The notes beneath the pieces are model-generated. The model saw only the letters and a list, made by a program, of their open reading frames with translations. It searched no databases and had not been told where the DNA came from. Source: Bacteroidota bacterium (GTDB lineage Bacteria > Bacteroidota > Ignavibacteria > UBA10030 > UBA8401). From it: DNA of 64,000 nt. Shown piece after piece: positions 30,117 to 38,889 of the stretch. The stretch's first letter is position 1, and the number at the start of each line of letters is the position of its first letter. Both the position numbers and the translations under genes were made by a program. The stretch covers positions 11,831 to 75,830 of the forward strand of contig DATJPT010000017.1 of the NCBI GenBank assembly GCA_035506275.1, in the 5' to 3' direction.

Positions 30117-30398
30117 ATGAAACGTCTCTGTAGTATGTTGCTGGCAGTAGTGTTTGCTTTCTCGCTGTCCTTTGCACAGGATGCGATGAAGCCGCAGGAT
30201 AATTCGCAGACTCCGCCTGCAAAAAGTACCATGATGAAGAAGGATAAGAAAAAGATGGCCAAGGACAAGAAGAAGATGGCGAAAGACAAGAAGAAGATGG
30301 CCAAGGACAAGAAGAAAATGTCAAAAGACAAGAAGAAGATGGCCAAGGACAAGAAGAAGATGAAGAGCAATATGATGAAAGCAGATTCCACGAAGTAA
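30117..30398 (+). CDS. small secreted lysine-rich heptad-repeat protein (6-7 copies of KDKKKMA)
   Basis: Signal peptide MKRLCSMLLAVVFAFSLSFAQDA; mature part MKKDKKKMAKDKKKMAKDKKKMAKDKKKMSKDKKKMAKDKKKMKSNMMK; repeats differ at synonymous positions (gcc/gcg, aag/aaa), which argues for protein-level selection. Confidence 0.5.
   Translation: MKRLCSMLLAVVFAFSLSFAQDAMKPQDNSQTPPAKSTMMKKDKKKMAKDKKKMAKDKKKMAKDKKKMSKDKKKMAKDKKKMKSNMMKADSTK
30234..30380 (+). repeat. 7 tandem copies of a 21 bp unit (atggccaaggacaagaagaag and variants), in-frame coding repeat
   Basis: Direct inspection of 30234-30380. Confidence 0.85.
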
Positions 30399-30423
30399 TT
30401 CTTTGGATCTTTGCTGAGAATAT

Positions 30424-30458
30424 AAAACCCCGTTTTTTTATCGAAGCGGGGTTTTTTA
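30424..30458 (+). terminator. rho-independent terminator
   Basis: aaaaccccg ... cggggtttttta hairpin plus T-run directly after the repeat-protein gene. Confidence 0.55.
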
Positions 30459-30523
30459 TTAACATTCGTCCTTCATGCGTTGTCGAACGAGTTCTCTCTA
30501 CGTTCCAATCACCGTCAACTCCC

Positions 30524-31789
30524 ATGGCATTCATTCAGCGCCTTCAGAGCTTGAGGCTTCCGCGATTCCTCGTGCGGCTTCTTCGCTTTCAAATGGCTCC
30601 TCCCGCAGGCGTGTACAACGTCCATGTCATCTCGCTGGAAGAAGAACTGGAATTTCCTGACCTCCTTCCGAAAGAACTCCGCTACGCGCTGCAAAAAGAT
30701 CCCTCGCTGAAAAACCGGATCGTGAAAGTATTCAAAAGCGGGAAAGCGATCGGCATCCGCACTGTAGAAAAGACACCCGAACGGGTGTTGACCGCCATCA
30801 ACAACATCGCGGTCATCAGCCAGCACCGGACGATCATCACCTGGCTGCCTCGATTGCTGTTGACCCAAACGCGGCCGTCGTTTCTTCCTGCCGACCACGA
30901 AGCGGCCGCAAGAAACGGCGTCGACCTCGACGAAGAGATCGCCGTCATCCTTTCGCACCGGCTCGACTTCAAAAAATTTGTTCTGGTGGATGAGGGGAAT
31001 CTGGGCGCGACATCGATCGACCGGAGGATTGTCGACGAATTGAACGAAGCGATCTCCCCCATCATCATCCGGCACGTCACCAACCGAATGACCTTCGACA
31101 ACGCCGACACAAGGACGGCGACGGGGCAGGCGATCATCAAGGCGCTGTTGTTCATTGGACCGGTCGCCCAGGTTTTCGAAATGTACACTCGCGGCATCGG
31201 CAAGCTCGTCGCGGCGTCGACCGACGACGTGCTTGCCGAAACCGCAGAGCTGTTCGCCTTGCGGGGGTCGGGGTTCACCTGGAAGCAGCTGATCGTCCGT
31301 TCACGCCTCCTCATTCCGGTCTTCCTGCTCGCCACATACGGGGCGTTTGAGGTCGACCATTTGCTTGACCTCGGAAACCTTGCACTGGCGGGGTTTCTCT
31401 TCGGCGTCACCTCGGTCGCGTTATCGCTCACCACTGCGCTTCAGAGCATTCGCATGTACAAAGAATGCGTTGACGACCTCGTGAACGAAAAGAAGCTCCC
31501 GCCGCAGAAGCAACGTTCCCGCTGGGTTCTCGCCGTGATACAGGACTTCACGAACCCTGCACGACTCGGGCTTTTCATCGGCGGAATGGTCTCGCCGGTC
31601 GCTTCGATGATCATCTTCGTGTGGTTCCCGCAATTCGTGCACAACGGGTGGGTTCTCGCCGTGCTCGGCACGGCGGAAACCGTGACCGCCGGAACCGTCG
31701 TCGTTCTCGCGCGGAGGTTGAACCTGCTGAAATTCCAGCTCGACCTGAATCGACTGCTGAGGAAACAACACCGCCTGCGTCGGAGTTGA
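30524..31789 (+). CDS. hypothetical protein, soluble N-terminal domain plus C-terminal hydrophobic helices; no recognisable family
   Basis: Balanced amino-acid composition on + strand, whereas the antisense ORF is S/R/T-rich; 3-4 predicted TM helices in the last 150 aa. Confidence 0.4.
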   Translation: MAFIQRLQSLRLPRFLVRLLRFQMAPPAGVYNVHVISLEEELEFPDLLPKELRYALQKDPSLKNRIVKVFKSGKAIGIRTVEKTPERVLTAINNIAVISQHRTIITWLPRLLLTQTRPSFLPADHEAAARNGVDLDEEIAVILSHRLDFKKFVLVDEGNLGATSIDRRIVDELNEAISPIIIRHVTNRMTFDNADTRTATGQAIIKALLFIGPVAQVFEMYTRGIGKLVAASTDDVLAETAELFALRGSGFTWKQLIVRSRLLIPVFLLATYGAFEVDHLLDLGNLALAGFLFGVTSVALSLTTALQSIRMYKECVDDLVNEKKLPPQKQRSRWVLAVIQDFTNPARLGLFIGGMVSPVASMIIFVWFPQFVHNGWVLAVLGTAETVTAGTVVVLARRLNLLKFQLDLNRLLRKQHRLRRS

Positions 31790-31964
31790 ACGGCGCCGAG
31801 TTCCGCGATTTGCATTTCCATTCACCAATGCTTATTTTATCTTGTCGAAAGAAGCCCATCGATCAACCGCCTCCATCGTTTTTGCCGACTCACAATGATG
31901 TAGGTTTTCTTGTTTCTAAACCCAAGGTCCCTCTCAGTCATGTTCGACATTTTCAGGGAAAACC

Positions 31965-33383
31965 ATGACAACGAATGACACAAGCGACACCGAACCGACC
32001 CTAGCCCGCCGCCTCGGTCTCATTTCGGCCGTCATGGTTGTCATCGGCTCCGTCGTCGGTTCCGGAATTTTTCTGACGCCGCAGAGCATCGCAGCCACGG
32101 TTCAGGTGCCGGGAGTGATGATCTTCGTCTGGATTCTCACCGGGTTGCTGACGCTTGCCGGCGCGCTGACGAATGCGGAGATCGCCGGCATGATCCCGGA
32201 AGCCGGCGGGCAGTACGTCTTTTTTCGCGTGACGTACGGCGACCTGACCGCCTTTTTGTATGGGTGGACGACGTTCATCGTCTACCAAACCGGCTCCATC
32301 GCCGCGATCGCCGTTGCCTTTGCCCGTTATTTCGGGTACTTCGTCGACCTTCCCCATTTCAGCCCCGCCCTCGAAGCATGGAAACTTCCTCTCATCGGAA
32401 ATATTTATCCTCTCAAGGACATCGGCGTCAGTCTTATCGCGATCAGCGCCATCGTGCTCCTTGCTGTCGTGAATTATTTCGGTGTTCACATCGGCGGGTT
32501 TGTGCAGGACTTTTTCACCTTCCTGAAAGTTCTGGCGATCGGCGGGATCGTCGTGCTGGCGTTCACCGTGGGCCACGGCAGCACGGCAAATTTTTTCCCG
32601 TTGTGGGGAGCGCCCGCATCGGGCGCCCTGCTGAGCGCGATCGGCGTCGCAATGATCGCCACGCTCTGGTCCTACGACGGCTGGAATAGTCTCACGTACC
32701 TGGCGGGGGAGGTGAAGGAGCCGAAGAAGAACATCCCGCTGGCACTCGTCCTCGGCACGATCATCATCATCGCGATCTATGTCGCCACAAACCTTGCGTA
32801 TCTTTACATCCTTCCGATCGGAGAGATCGCGAACTCGAAGCTCGTTGCAGCGGATGTGATGGAAAGAATTTTTCGCGGTTACGGCGGCGCGATCATTTCG
32901 GCCATGGTGATGGTCTCAACATTCGGCACGGTCAACGCCACCTCGATGACGACGGCTCGCGTCTATTTTGCGATGGCAAAAGACAGACTCTTCTTCAAAA
33001 GCCTCGGAACGATCCATCCTAAATACCGGACACCGGGAACGTCCCTTCTTGTCCAAGGGGTGTGGGCTTCCATTCTTACCTTGACCGGAACATACGACCA
33101 GATCTTTACGTACGTCATCTTTGCCGGATGGATCTTTTACGCGCTCGGCGCTTCGGCGGTGTTTGTCTTGAGGAAGAAAATGCCGGATACACCGCGTCCC
33201 TACAAAGTGCCGGGATATCCCTATATTCCGATCGCTTTCATTGTGGTTGCGACCTGGTTCGTCTATAACACGATCGTCCAGCAAACAGCGGATTCGATGG
33301 TGGGGCTCTTTTTGCTTTTGGCGGGACTCCCGTTCTATTATTATTGGAGCAGGCAGATCAAAAGATCAGAAACCGCACGCTGA
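31965..33383 (+). CDS. amino acid permease (APC superfamily)
   Basis: 12-TM APC-type pattern with GSGIF motif near the N-terminus (VVGSGIFLTP). Confidence 0.85.
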   Translation: MTTNDTSDTEPTLARRLGLISAVMVVIGSVVGSGIFLTPQSIAATVQVPGVMIFVWILTGLLTLAGALTNAEIAGMIPEAGGQYVFFRVTYGDLTAFLYGWTTFIVYQTGSIAAIAVAFARYFGYFVDLPHFSPALEAWKLPLIGNIYPLKDIGVSLIAISAIVLLAVVNYFGVHIGGFVQDFFTFLKVLAIGGIVVLAFTVGHGSTANFFPLWGAPASGALLSAIGVAMIATLWSYDGWNSLTYLAGEVKEPKKNIPLALVLGTIIIIAIYVATNLAYLYILPIGEIANSKLVAADVMERIFRGYGGAIISAMVMVSTFGTVNATSMTTARVYFAMAKDRLFFKSLGTIHPKYRTPGTSLLVQGVWASILTLTGTYDQIFTYVIFAGWIFYALGASAVFVLRKKMPDTPRPYKVPGYPYIPIAFIVVATWFVYNTIVQQTADSMVGLFLLLAGLPFYYYWSRQIKRSETAR

Positions 33384-33406
33384 TCCCTTCGTTCCTTTAA
33401 AAGACC

Positions 33407-33441
33407 AAGGGCGATGAGAATATCATCGCCCTTTCTTTTTT
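33407..33441. terminator. bidirectional-looking hairpin terminator between convergent genes
   Basis: gggcgatga-gaata-tcatcgccc followed by tttctttttt. Confidence 0.5.
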
Positions 33442-33459
33442 CAACACGTCAATCGAGCG

Positions 33460-36400
33460 CTAGAAATCTCCTCCGAGCGAGATATAATACAACGGGACGG
33501 AGAACGATTGTCCGTCAAACGCCCAGGCAACGTCGAACTTCAGCGGAAGTCCGAACAAGATGACCCGCACTCCGTACCCGGTGCCCATGAGCAGATCTTC
33601 CGCAATTTCATTCCCCTGGTCGTTCTTAGCAAAGAACCTGTATGCCTTGTCGTCCGTCCAGGACGAACCGATATCGGCGAAGAGCGCTCCGGTAATGTTC
33701 TGCGCGGCGATCGGAAGTCCGCCGGTCACCAGATAACGGATGAGCGGAAAACGGAGTTCGTAGTTCATCAGGGCATATTTCGTGCCGTTCTTCGCATTAT
33801 AGTCAAACCCGCGCATCGGCAGTGCCGGCGACAGGAAGGCGTAATCCTCGACGTTGTTGATCGGAATGCCGCCGTTCGCAAATTCCCGGTTGATCCACCC
33901 GTCCGTCCCGCCGATGAAAAATCTCTGCGCGTTCCTTCCCTCGCTGACCCCTCCGGCCCATCGGATGACGAATGAATAATCTCTCCAGAATTTTTGATAC
34001 GTCCGGTAGTCCAGCGTATAGGTCTGAAAATCGAGCGAGTGGTCCCCGGCTGTCAGCGCCGGGCTGAACATCGCGGTGATATTATAGCGGGTCCCGTTAT
34101 CCGGGGCGGTGATGCCCCACAGCGAGTTATCGTGAACGTAGCTGATCGAGGGCATGATGAGGTTCCGCTCGTCGGTCGGGGCGTTCAGTTCCGGGTCGTC
34201 GAGATTCTGTCTGGAGAGGTTGAGCCATGCCAGGTTGAAATCGAACCGGTTGAATCTATCCAGCGGATATGACGCTGAACTGCCTATTCCCCACGTCTGA
34301 AAGCGGTACAACGAAACGTTTCCCGTCTGATCGTACAGATAGAGGAACCGCGCGCTGTGGAATCCTTCGACCCCGTAATCAACCTTCGTCTTGAGGTAAT
34401 TGTAGGCGATCACGTAATCGCTGTTCTCCAGATCGAGCATCAGGTTCGTGAGAAAATAGATCTGATGGTCGCCGAGCATGTCGCTGAACGCCATCTCGGT
34501 CGTCCCCTCCACTCCATAAAATGTGCTGTACCCGGCGTTGCCGTAAATGATGTCCGGCGAAAAATTAAGCTTGTACTTGTTCACCTTGTAGTTCCCCTGT
34601 TCGTCCACGTTGTCGCTCGGCTCAAGCTGTTTGCCGTTGGATTCCAGGTCGGCCGACGGCATCTTTTCCCTTGGCTGCTCGTCGGAGAAAACGTAATTCT
34701 GGAAGTCGATGTGGACACGGTCGCCGTACACTCCCGCGGTATCCTTGGGGGCCGCGTTTGCCGCTACGTTCGTCGAGTCCTTTGCGCCCTGACCGGTTCC
34801 TTTCTGCGCCAGCTTCATTTTTCTTTTGATGAACTCGGCAGGCTCAAGCTCCGAGACCGCCAATTTCTTGTCAAACGGCGCCTTCATTAAGTAGATGTCG
34901 AATCCCGCTTCGTTCAACGCGGCGAATGAAAGCTTATTGCCGTCCGCCGACAGCGAAAGCTGGAAAAGGCCGCTGATCGAGTTGGTCACAGGACGGTCCG
35001 CGCCGGTGACAAGGTTGCGTTCATAAATATTGCCGATGCCGTTCCGGTCGGAGACATAGAGCAACTTCGTTCCGTCCGGCGAGACGACCGGCGATGTCGC
35101 ATCGCTTCCGTCGTAGTGGATGATACGCTTGATCTCCATCGTCTCGAGGCTCAGCGAATAGATATCCGACTCGGAGAAGTCGTATTTCGACATCTTGAAG
35201 TTCGCCGGAATCGCGTTCCGGTCCAGGTTGTCCCGCCTGTCGGACACGAAATAGATCGTCTTCCCGTCAGGCGACCAGTGCGGGTCGGAATCCGAAAAAA
35301 TATCGTCGGTCAGGTTCGTCAGGTTCTTCGTCGCGAGGTCGTAGAGGTAGATGTCCGATTCCTTGGCATCGTCCCCGACAAAGGCGAGTTTGTCCCCTTT
35401 CGGCGACCAGTCGACGGAAAAAATCCCTTCCAGCTGAAATTGGATCTTTTCCTGATTCCCCGTCGCAGCGTCCACGATGAAAATGGCATCGCTCTCCCCG
35501 CTCTTCACGGCAAGAGCGATCTTCTTCCCGTCGGGAGACCAGGTGATGCCCGGCGTGAGCAGATGCAGTTCCTCAAAATTCTTCGTCCGCTGGCCGTCGA
35601 CGATCTTTGTGACCTTATTGTCGATCGTGGACATAATGTAGACATCGAAATAATCGTCGCGGTCCGAGATGAATGCAACTTTATCCCCTTGCGGCGAAAT
35701 GGAAGGGCTGGTGTTATAGAAGTCGGCTTCCTTCACGTGGTTCGTGAGCCGCGTTGCGAAGTCGGCCGGGTCTTCCCGTTTCGCAATATCGGGCCAATAG
35801 AGAACCTTTTGCTCCTTCTGCCAGCGGTCGTTGAGTTCGGAGACGCTCAGCCCGAGTGCATTCTTAAAGCCCTGGTCGATGCTGCGCGATCCCTTGATCC
35901 GGTTCAGGATCTCCGCGATCTTTTGGTCGCCGTACTTGTTCGCGATGTAATACCAGACCGACTGGCCGCCCCGGTAGGCAAAGTATCCGCTCAAATAATC
36001 GATCGGCGGGAGGTACGTGTGGATCGTCGCATCGCGCATGAACATATCCGAATTCGTATCCCAATGGAGCGATTGGTATTCCGCCATTCCTTCGTTGAAC
36101 CACATGGGCAACTGGAGGCGGATGTTGTTGGAGATGATCGATTGGATCGACCCGCCGTAGAACATATCGTTGAAGACGGCATGAACGAGCTCGTGGTGGA
36201 TCACATGCCGAAACATTTTATAATTGCCTTCGAACGGGACCACCACCCTGTTCTTGAACAGCTCCGTCACACCGCCGATCCCTTCCTCCAGATATTCCCC
36301 CAGGACATTGGTCTGCTGAAAGTCGTTGTGGGAATTATAGACCATGATCGGGATGCGGTTGTTGATCTCGTAATGGAAGCTCTTGCTGATGAGGGTGTAT

Positions 36401-36603
36401 GCCGATTCGGCGGCGGCCGCCGTGAAGTTGGCGAGATATTCTCCGTTGTCGTTGAAATAAATGTCGAAGTGGTTCGATTGGATGTACCACCAGTTGAATT
36501 TTTTGTACTTCACCTTATTTTTACCGAAAACGGCTTCCTGGGCTGTCGACGTTACGGCCCCGACAGCCAGAAGCAGTGCGATGATCAAAAGGCGCAATTT
36601 CAT
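33460..36603 (-). CDS. large outer-membrane protein: N-terminal zincin-like (HExxH) domain, PD40/TolB-type beta-propeller repeats, C-terminal Omp85/BamA-like beta-barrel
   Basis: Signal peptide; HVIHHELVHAV ... NEGMAEY (HExxH+E); repeated SPDG(K/T)K(I/L) ... VSDR PD40 motifs; C-terminal RGFDYN ... ELRFPL ... GALFADIGS ... VAWAFDG ... ISLGGDF (terminal Phe) resembling the Omp85 barrel. Confidence 0.65.
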   Translation of the reverse strand: MKLRLLIIALLLAVGAVTSTAQEAVFGKNKVKYKKFNWWYIQSNHFDIYFNDNGEYLANFTAAAAESAYTLISKSFHYEINNRIPIMVYNSHNDFQQTNVLGEYLEEGIGGVTELFKNRVVVPFEGNYKMFRHVIHHELVHAVFNDMFYGGSIQSIISNNIRLQLPMWFNEGMAEYQSLHWDTNSDMFMRDATIHTYLPPIDYLSGYFAYRGGQSVWYYIANKYGDQKIAEILNRIKGSRSIDQGFKNALGLSVSELNDRWQKEQKVLYWPDIAKREDPADFATRLTNHVKEADFYNTSPSISPQGDKVAFISDRDDYFDVYIMSTIDNKVTKIVDGQRTKNFEELHLLTPGITWSPDGKKIALAVKSGESDAIFIVDAATGNQEKIQFQLEGIFSVDWSPKGDKLAFVGDDAKESDIYLYDLATKNLTNLTDDIFSDSDPHWSPDGKTIYFVSDRRDNLDRNAIPANFKMSKYDFSESDIYSLSLETMEIKRIIHYDGSDATSPVVSPDGTKLLYVSDRNGIGNIYERNLVTGADRPVTNSISGLFQLSLSADGNKLSFAALNEAGFDIYLMKAPFDKKLAVSELEPAEFIKRKMKLAQKGTGQGAKDSTNVAANAAPKDTAGVYGDRVHIDFQNYVFSDEQPREKMPSADLESNGKQLEPSDNVDEQGNYKVNKYKLNFSPDIIYGNAGYSTFYGVEGTTEMAFSDMLGDHQIYFLTNLMLDLENSDYVIAYNYLKTKVDYGVEGFHSARFLYLYDQTGNVSLYRFQTWGIGSSASYPLDRFNRFDFNLAWLNLSRQNLDDPELNAPTDERNLIMPSISYVHDNSLWGITAPDNGTRYNITAMFSPALTAGDHSLDFQTYTLDYRTYQKFWRDYSFVIRWAGGVSEGRNAQRFFIGGTDGWINREFANGGIPINNVEDYAFLSPALPMRGFDYNAKNGTKYALMNYELRFPLIRYLVTGGLPIAAQNITGALFADIGSSWTDDKAYRFFAKNDQGNEIAEDLLMGTGYGVRVILFGLPLKFDVAWAFDGQSFSVPLYYISLGGDF

Positions 36604-36694
36604 GCGGACCTCAACGAGTGTAGGATAACGATGCGCTTCCCCCTACCGTCGCGCACCGCCTACCACTACAACGATGCGCGCCGTAAGAAAATTC

Positions 36695-38866
36695 CTATTT
36701 GTGCTTTCGTCTCTTCTTAGGCTGCGAGGAACGCGCCGGTTCCACGCAGGCAAAATCGATTTCTTTGTTCTCGACGTTTACACTGACAACTTTCACGGCG
36801 ATGCTGTCCCCCAGGCGGAATGTCCGTCCCGTGCGCCGCCCGACCAGCGAATAATGCTTTTCATCGTGTTCATAGTAGTCGTCGCCGATGTTGCGGACAT
36901 GGATCATCCCCTCGACGAGGAGATCGTTGATCTCGACATACATCCCGTAGTTGGTGACGCCCGAGATCACCCCTTCGAATTCGTCGCCAAGATGCTGTTT
37001 CATATATTCCGCCTGCATCACCTTCACGGAGGCCCGCTCGGCTTCCATCGCAACACGCTCCCGGTCGGACGACCACTTGCAGACCCGCGGAAGCGTTTCG
37101 ATGAAATGCTTCCGCCGCGCGTGCGGCATTCCTTTGGCGTATTCATCCAGCATCCTGTGGACAACCAGGTCCGGGTAGCGGCGGATCGGCGAAGTAAAAT
37201 GCGTGTAGTAGTCGAACGCCAGACCGAAATGCCCGATGTTTCTCTCCGAGTATACGGCCTTCGCCATGGCGCGCAGCGAGACTTCGTTGATCACATTCTC
37301 TTCCGGAGTGCCTCTCACGCGGTCCAGGAGTTTCTGCAGATCTTTTGACGAGACAGACTCGCTCACGTTTAATGAATAGCCGAATTTTTCGACGAAGACG
37401 GACAGTTCCCGGATTTTTTCCCTGTCGGGGGAATCATGGATCCGGTAGACGAACGGCGACACATCCTCTTCCTTCTTTTTCTTGCCGACGTGCGCGGCGA
37501 CGGTGTAGTTCGCAAGGAGCATGCATTCTTCGACGAGCTGATGGCTCTTGAGGCGCTGCTTGATACGCACTTCAACGGGCTTCCCCCGGTCGTCATACCG
37601 GAACTTGGCTTCAGGGGAATCGAAGTCGATGCTGCCGTTTTTCATCCTCTTCTCTTTCAACGCGCGCGCCAGAGACCAGAGCGCCTTCAACGCGTCGGCG
37701 TGCTCTCCTTTGCCGGCATCCAATATGTGTTCCACGTCTTCGTACGTAAACCGGCGTTTTGAATTAATCACGCTCTTGACGATCTCATAGTCTTTGACCT
37801 TTCCCTTTTCGCTGACATCCATGATGCACGAATAGGCCAGCCGGTCGACGTTCGGTTTCAGGCTGCACAGGTCGTTGGAGAGTTTTTCGGGAAGCATCGG
37901 CACCACCTGATTCGCGAGGTAAACGCTCGTCCCTCTGTTGAAGGCCTCGGCATCGAGGGCCGTTCCCTCCTTCACATACGCGCTCACATCGGCGATATGA
38001 ACGCCAAGCCGGTACGCCCCCGGCCCCAGCGGTTCGATCGACACAGCATCGTCAAAATCTTTGGCATCGTCCGGGTCGATCGTAAAACACGTCACAGCGC
38101 GGAGGTCGCGGCGGCGTGCGATCTCCTCCTCCGCGATGGTTTCAGCAATGTCCTTTACGAACGATTCGACATCGCGGGGAAAAGAGGTCGGCAGCCGGAA
38201 TGCCTTGATCACCGATGCAACTTCGGCGCCCGAATCCCCCGAACGGCCGATGACCTCGACGATCCGCCCTTCGGGATTCTGAAGATCGCTCTCCCACGAC
38301 TCGAACGCGACAACGACCTTGTCCCCCGGCCGTGCGCCGTTGAGCGCGTCGGGAGCGACATAAATGTCACGCGGAATTTTCCGGTCGTCGATAACGACGA
38401 AATAAAAATTCTTGCTCTGCTCAAGCGTGCCGACGAACTCATCATGGGCGCGAGAGATAACGCGGACAATTTCCCCTTCGATTTTCTCGTCGGCTCTTTT
38501 TTTATTCCGATCAGGCGCAAACAGCGAGACATCGACGGTGTCGCCGTCCAGCGCGGTACCGAGAGATTTCGGCCCGATATAGATTTCGCCGAAGGCGGAC
38601 CCGGGAACCGTGACAAAGCCGTACTTCTGCTTGCTCATCGAGAGCATTCCCCTGACCGTCTGTTCCAACGGCCTGCGGGAATAACCTTTCCCGCGTGAAT
38701 GCGAAAGAACCTTTCTGTCCACCATGGCATGAAGCGCTTCGCGGACCTCCTGGAAACCGCCGTCGTCCCGGATGCTCAGCCTGCGCGCGACCTGGCGGGA
38801 CTTAAATGCTTCGCGCGGATGCGCATCAAAAAAATCGATGACCCGCTGCTCTATGCTGCTCTTCAT
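36695..38866 (-). CDS. rnr: ribonuclease R
   Basis: Cold-shock/OB domains, RNB catalytic domain, C-terminal S1 domain and basic tail; start at ATG 38866 (MKSSIEQRVIDFF). Confidence 0.9.
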   Translation of the reverse strand: MKSSIEQRVIDFFDAHPREAFKSRQVARRLSIRDDGGFQEVREALHAMVDRKVLSHSRGKGYSRRPLEQTVRGMLSMSKQKYGFVTVPGSAFGEIYIGPKSLGTALDGDTVDVSLFAPDRNKKRADEKIEGEIVRVISRAHDEFVGTLEQSKNFYFVVIDDRKIPRDIYVAPDALNGARPGDKVVVAFESWESDLQNPEGRIVEVIGRSGDSGAEVASVIKAFRLPTSFPRDVESFVKDIAETIAEEEIARRRDLRAVTCFTIDPDDAKDFDDAVSIEPLGPGAYRLGVHIADVSAYVKEGTALDAEAFNRGTSVYLANQVVPMLPEKLSNDLCSLKPNVDRLAYSCIMDVSEKGKVKDYEIVKSVINSKRRFTYEDVEHILDAGKGEHADALKALWSLARALKEKRMKNGSIDFDSPEAKFRYDDRGKPVEVRIKQRLKSHQLVEECMLLANYTVAAHVGKKKKEEDVSPFVYRIHDSPDREKIRELSVFVEKFGYSLNVSESVSSKDLQKLLDRVRGTPEENVINEVSLRAMAKAVYSERNIGHFGLAFDYYTHFTSPIRRYPDLVVHRMLDEYAKGMPHARRKHFIETLPRVCKWSSDRERVAMEAERASVKVMQAEYMKQHLGDEFEGVISGVTNYGMYVEINDLLVEGMIHVRNIGDDYYEHDEKHYSLVGRRTGRTFRLGDSIAVKVVSVNVENKEIDFACVEPARSSQPKKRRKHK

Positions 38867-38889
38867 ATTCTCTCTTTCAAAACTCCTGA

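Noticed and set aside
30234-30380. Possible CRISPR-like or satellite repeat
   Set aside because: The 21 bp units are contiguous with no spacers and are in-frame coding (KDKKKMA heptads), so this is a coding tandem repeat and not a CRISPR array.
30682-31434. 250 aa minus-strand ORF opposite the 30524..31789 hypothetical gene
   Set aside because: Ser/Arg/Thr-rich with no hydrophobic core; the + strand frame has the more protein-like composition. Low certainty either way.
35116-36720. 534 aa ORF antisense to the zincin-PD40-Omp85 gene
   Set aside because: R/V/D-rich shadow ORF; the sense strand has a signal peptide and coherent domains.
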